A stretch of DNA of 64,000 nt from the IMG/VR virus record IMGVR_UViG_3300035086_000100, positions 35,060 through 99,059 of that record. One strand, written 5' to 3'. Numbering within the stretch: the first letter of the stretch is position 1; each line of letters opens with the position of its first letter. Position numbers and translations under genes: made by a program. The notes under the pieces were generated by a model that saw only the letters and a program-made list of their open reading frames with translations, was not told where the DNA came from and did no database searches. Origin of the DNA: a virus. Shown here in pieces: positions 63,977-64,000 of the stretch.

Positions 63977-64000
63977 CCGGTCCGCTCCGGCTAGGCGACC

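Larger units (their letters stand above)
1..64000. mobile_element. Temperate actinobacteriophage (partial, probably circular/excised form) carrying an AICE-like conjugation module
   Basis: Serine integrase with attP-like dyad, repressor/cro pair, phage replication and recombination operon, endolysin, fibre-like genes, TraB/Spd module; no host housekeeping genes. Confidence 0.85.

Overview
High-GC (actinomycete-like) window, almost entirely coding, that looks like the non-structural part of a large temperate phage. No capsid or terminase genes are in view. Late genes run off the left edge (late activator, ParB-methylase, minus strand) and re-enter from the right edge (fibre genes, lysis cassette, minus strand). 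An apparently intact attP sits beside a serine integrase at ~20 kb, so the sequence is probably the circular/excised form. The left arm (~4.3-17.5 kb) is an AICE/Streptomyces-plasmid-type conjugation module: TraB FtsK translocase, DUF2637/Spd-like membrane proteins, a pair of ~100-aa helical-hairpin paralogues, a divergent KorSA-like GntR fused to an HD nucleotidase, and a second HTH initiator with iterons. Two oppositely oriented arrays of one DNA motif (CGTCAGGCG) are hidden in its coding sequence. This operon leads directly into the phage late activator. The right arm (22-51 kb) is a typical early operon: repressor/cro, exonuclease and recombination protein, methylases, replication initiator and many small ORFs. 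It is followed by a tyrosine recombinase with a dif-like site, two GntR cassettes, and a lysis cassette with a FixL-like PAS protein and an endolysin-holin fusion. The element also encodes homologues of WhiB, the WhiA HTH, BldC and a BldG/RsbV-type STAS protein. Best candidates for an undescribed system: (1) a conjugative phage/AICE hybrid with cryptic clt arrays; (2) a PAS-sensor-containing lysis cassette. All family calls come from motif recognition by eye, with no database search.
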